Source of the DNA: Lama glama | Lineage: Eukaryota | Assembly: GCA_028534125.1 (NCBI GenBank) | Contig: CM052817.1 | Coordinates: 102,612,001 to 102,676,000 of the forward strand | Direction: 5' to 3' | DNA: 64,000 nt | Shown here: piece after piece, positions 62,412 through 64,000 of the stretch | Layout of the letters: each line of letters opens with the position of its first letter | Numbering within the stretch: position 1 is the stretch's first letter | Notes under the pieces: generated by a model | Told to the model about the DNA's origin: nothing | The model's database searches: none | What the model saw: the letters and a program-made list of their open reading frames with translations, nothing else | Position numbers and translations under genes: made by a program

Positions 62412-63960
62412 GGGCAACTGCCGTGTGAAAATAGATGGATGAATTCTGACCAGAGCTGTCAGTCTGGTTGAGGAGGGCATTCAGGTGCCTCCTGATTTCC
62501 CATTTTAAGGAAGAAAAAGAGCATCTGAATGGAAGCATCTGCAGTGTAACTCGTGGAAAACTGGTTGGCAGAGTGTAGGTAAAAATGAGGCAGCAAAAGT
62601 TTGCTTACAGTTGCTTGGATGGTAGGTTGAATTATAAGTAAAAGCAGAGAGAAATGCTTTTAACTGTTTCCCAGAGTGAAGGAAACAGGAACATGGAGTT
62701 GGTGGTGTCAGTATTGCTAAAAGATGGTGGGCAAATAAGTTGGCTTCCAAATCACATGAGGGCAGAGATTGGGGATAATGTATAATTCACTGCTCCCCCC
62801 TCATCAATGAGAAGGCTACCAATACCAACTTCCCTAGAAAGCCACAGACATTTCTCTATTATATTTTGGCTTTTTGTTAATTCTTCCTATGAATGCTGCA
62901 GGCAAATGTTACCAACTATTTGAATGACTTCAAGGAAATAAACTGAAATTTGCTATGTAATTAGTATTTTGGCAAATGATGGGGGAAGTTTTTACCACCC
63001 AGTTAACCAATTGTTTTTGTAAAAACAAATGCACATTTAATGAAAAGTTTCTTCAACTTAGAATTGAAGGCTGAAGTTCTCAGAGAAATGCAAACCATTA
63101 TTTAACTTCTCATTTCAAGTTGTCCCTGCTTCATACAGTTACTATTTACAGAATAAAGAAGCATGCAACTCAATACTTTAACTCATTGCTTAAGTGTTAC
63201 AACTTTTTGAACACATATTTTTCCTCTGCTAGAGCTGAGTTTGTCCTCACAAAAAATTAAATCAGATTAGAAAATAGTTTCATGGCATTTTGTAACATTT
63301 TGGGGTGATTTGTAAGCAGTTTTGCGCAGGTACATAGCTCTAATGTGTTTACTGCAGTGTTATTTTTTTCTGAAATTCATCTTCCATGGACACATTCATG
63401 ATTCATAAAACAATAGAACATCAGAATGGAACCCATCTGGTAAGAACTGTTAAAAACATTACATTCATTCCACTTTGAAAATGTTCTGCTTAGACCAATT
63501 TCAACAAAAATTATCTGCTTCTCAAAATAATTAGCTGTATTTTTGGATAACTTATGAATACATAATAATATAATTTTACCTATAAAGGGTGGAACGTAGA
63601 TGCTATAGTACCTTTTTTTTTAATGATTTCGTAAATACACTTTTATTTCAATAGTATCCAACCAAAGATGCTTAAAACTCTATTATGTTCATGAAAAATA
63701 ATTGAGATGTTAAAATAGCTGTTAAAATAGTTGGAGGCTGTTAAAGAAGTTTCATTATAATCATATTTTTATAAGTATACCTGAACTTGTGAATAGATTC
63801 TTTAAATTTTAAGTCAATTCAGCATGACTATCGCATTTAGTTACAAACATTAACTTTATGAACGGGAGAGATTTATTTTATGGCTACATATAAAATTTAT
63901 ATTACAGCTTTTATGGAATTATTTCCATGCTAGAAATAAAAGACTGATCTTGAACTGCAC
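62412..63960 (+). other. NPY2R: NPY2R 3'UTR with candidate poly(A) signals
   Basis: AU-rich sequence with no recognisable repeats after the stop; AATAAA at 62937, 63152 and 63935. The true end cannot be determined and may lie beyond the window. Confidence 0.7.
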
Positions 63961-64000
63961 TGCACTTTTAGGAAACTGAAAATGAATGGAAACAGTGGAA

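Overview
Mammalian genomic DNA, most likely a camelid, judged from two Vic-1-type tRNA-derived SINEs. The only protein-coding gene is NPY2R (neuropeptide Y receptor Y2) on the + strand. It has a CpG-island promoter and non-coding exon 1 (~55.3-56.74 kb), a ~4.5-kb intron, and one coding exon (ATG 61263 to TAA 62411, 382 aa) followed by an AU-rich 3'UTR. The upstream ~55 kb is gene-poor and repeat-rich. It holds L1, L2 and MIR fragments, hAT/Tigger MITEs, MaLR and ERVL LTRs, a decayed ERVL provirus with a nested ERV1 solo LTR, a second copy of that LTR 21 kb away, an LTR-in-LTR nest, simple repeats and a 500-N gap. I see no evidence for a new multi-gene system. The best leads are regulatory: a promoter-like element at ~14.3 kb (candidate distal NPY2R first exon), a second exon-1 donor and apparently remodelled exon-2 acceptor, retroelement-borne CTCF, ARE and GAS motifs, and an unexplained 86-bp dispersed duplication. 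Repeat family names and cross-species comparisons are recalled from memory, not searched, and need RepeatMasker/Dfam or alignment confirmation.
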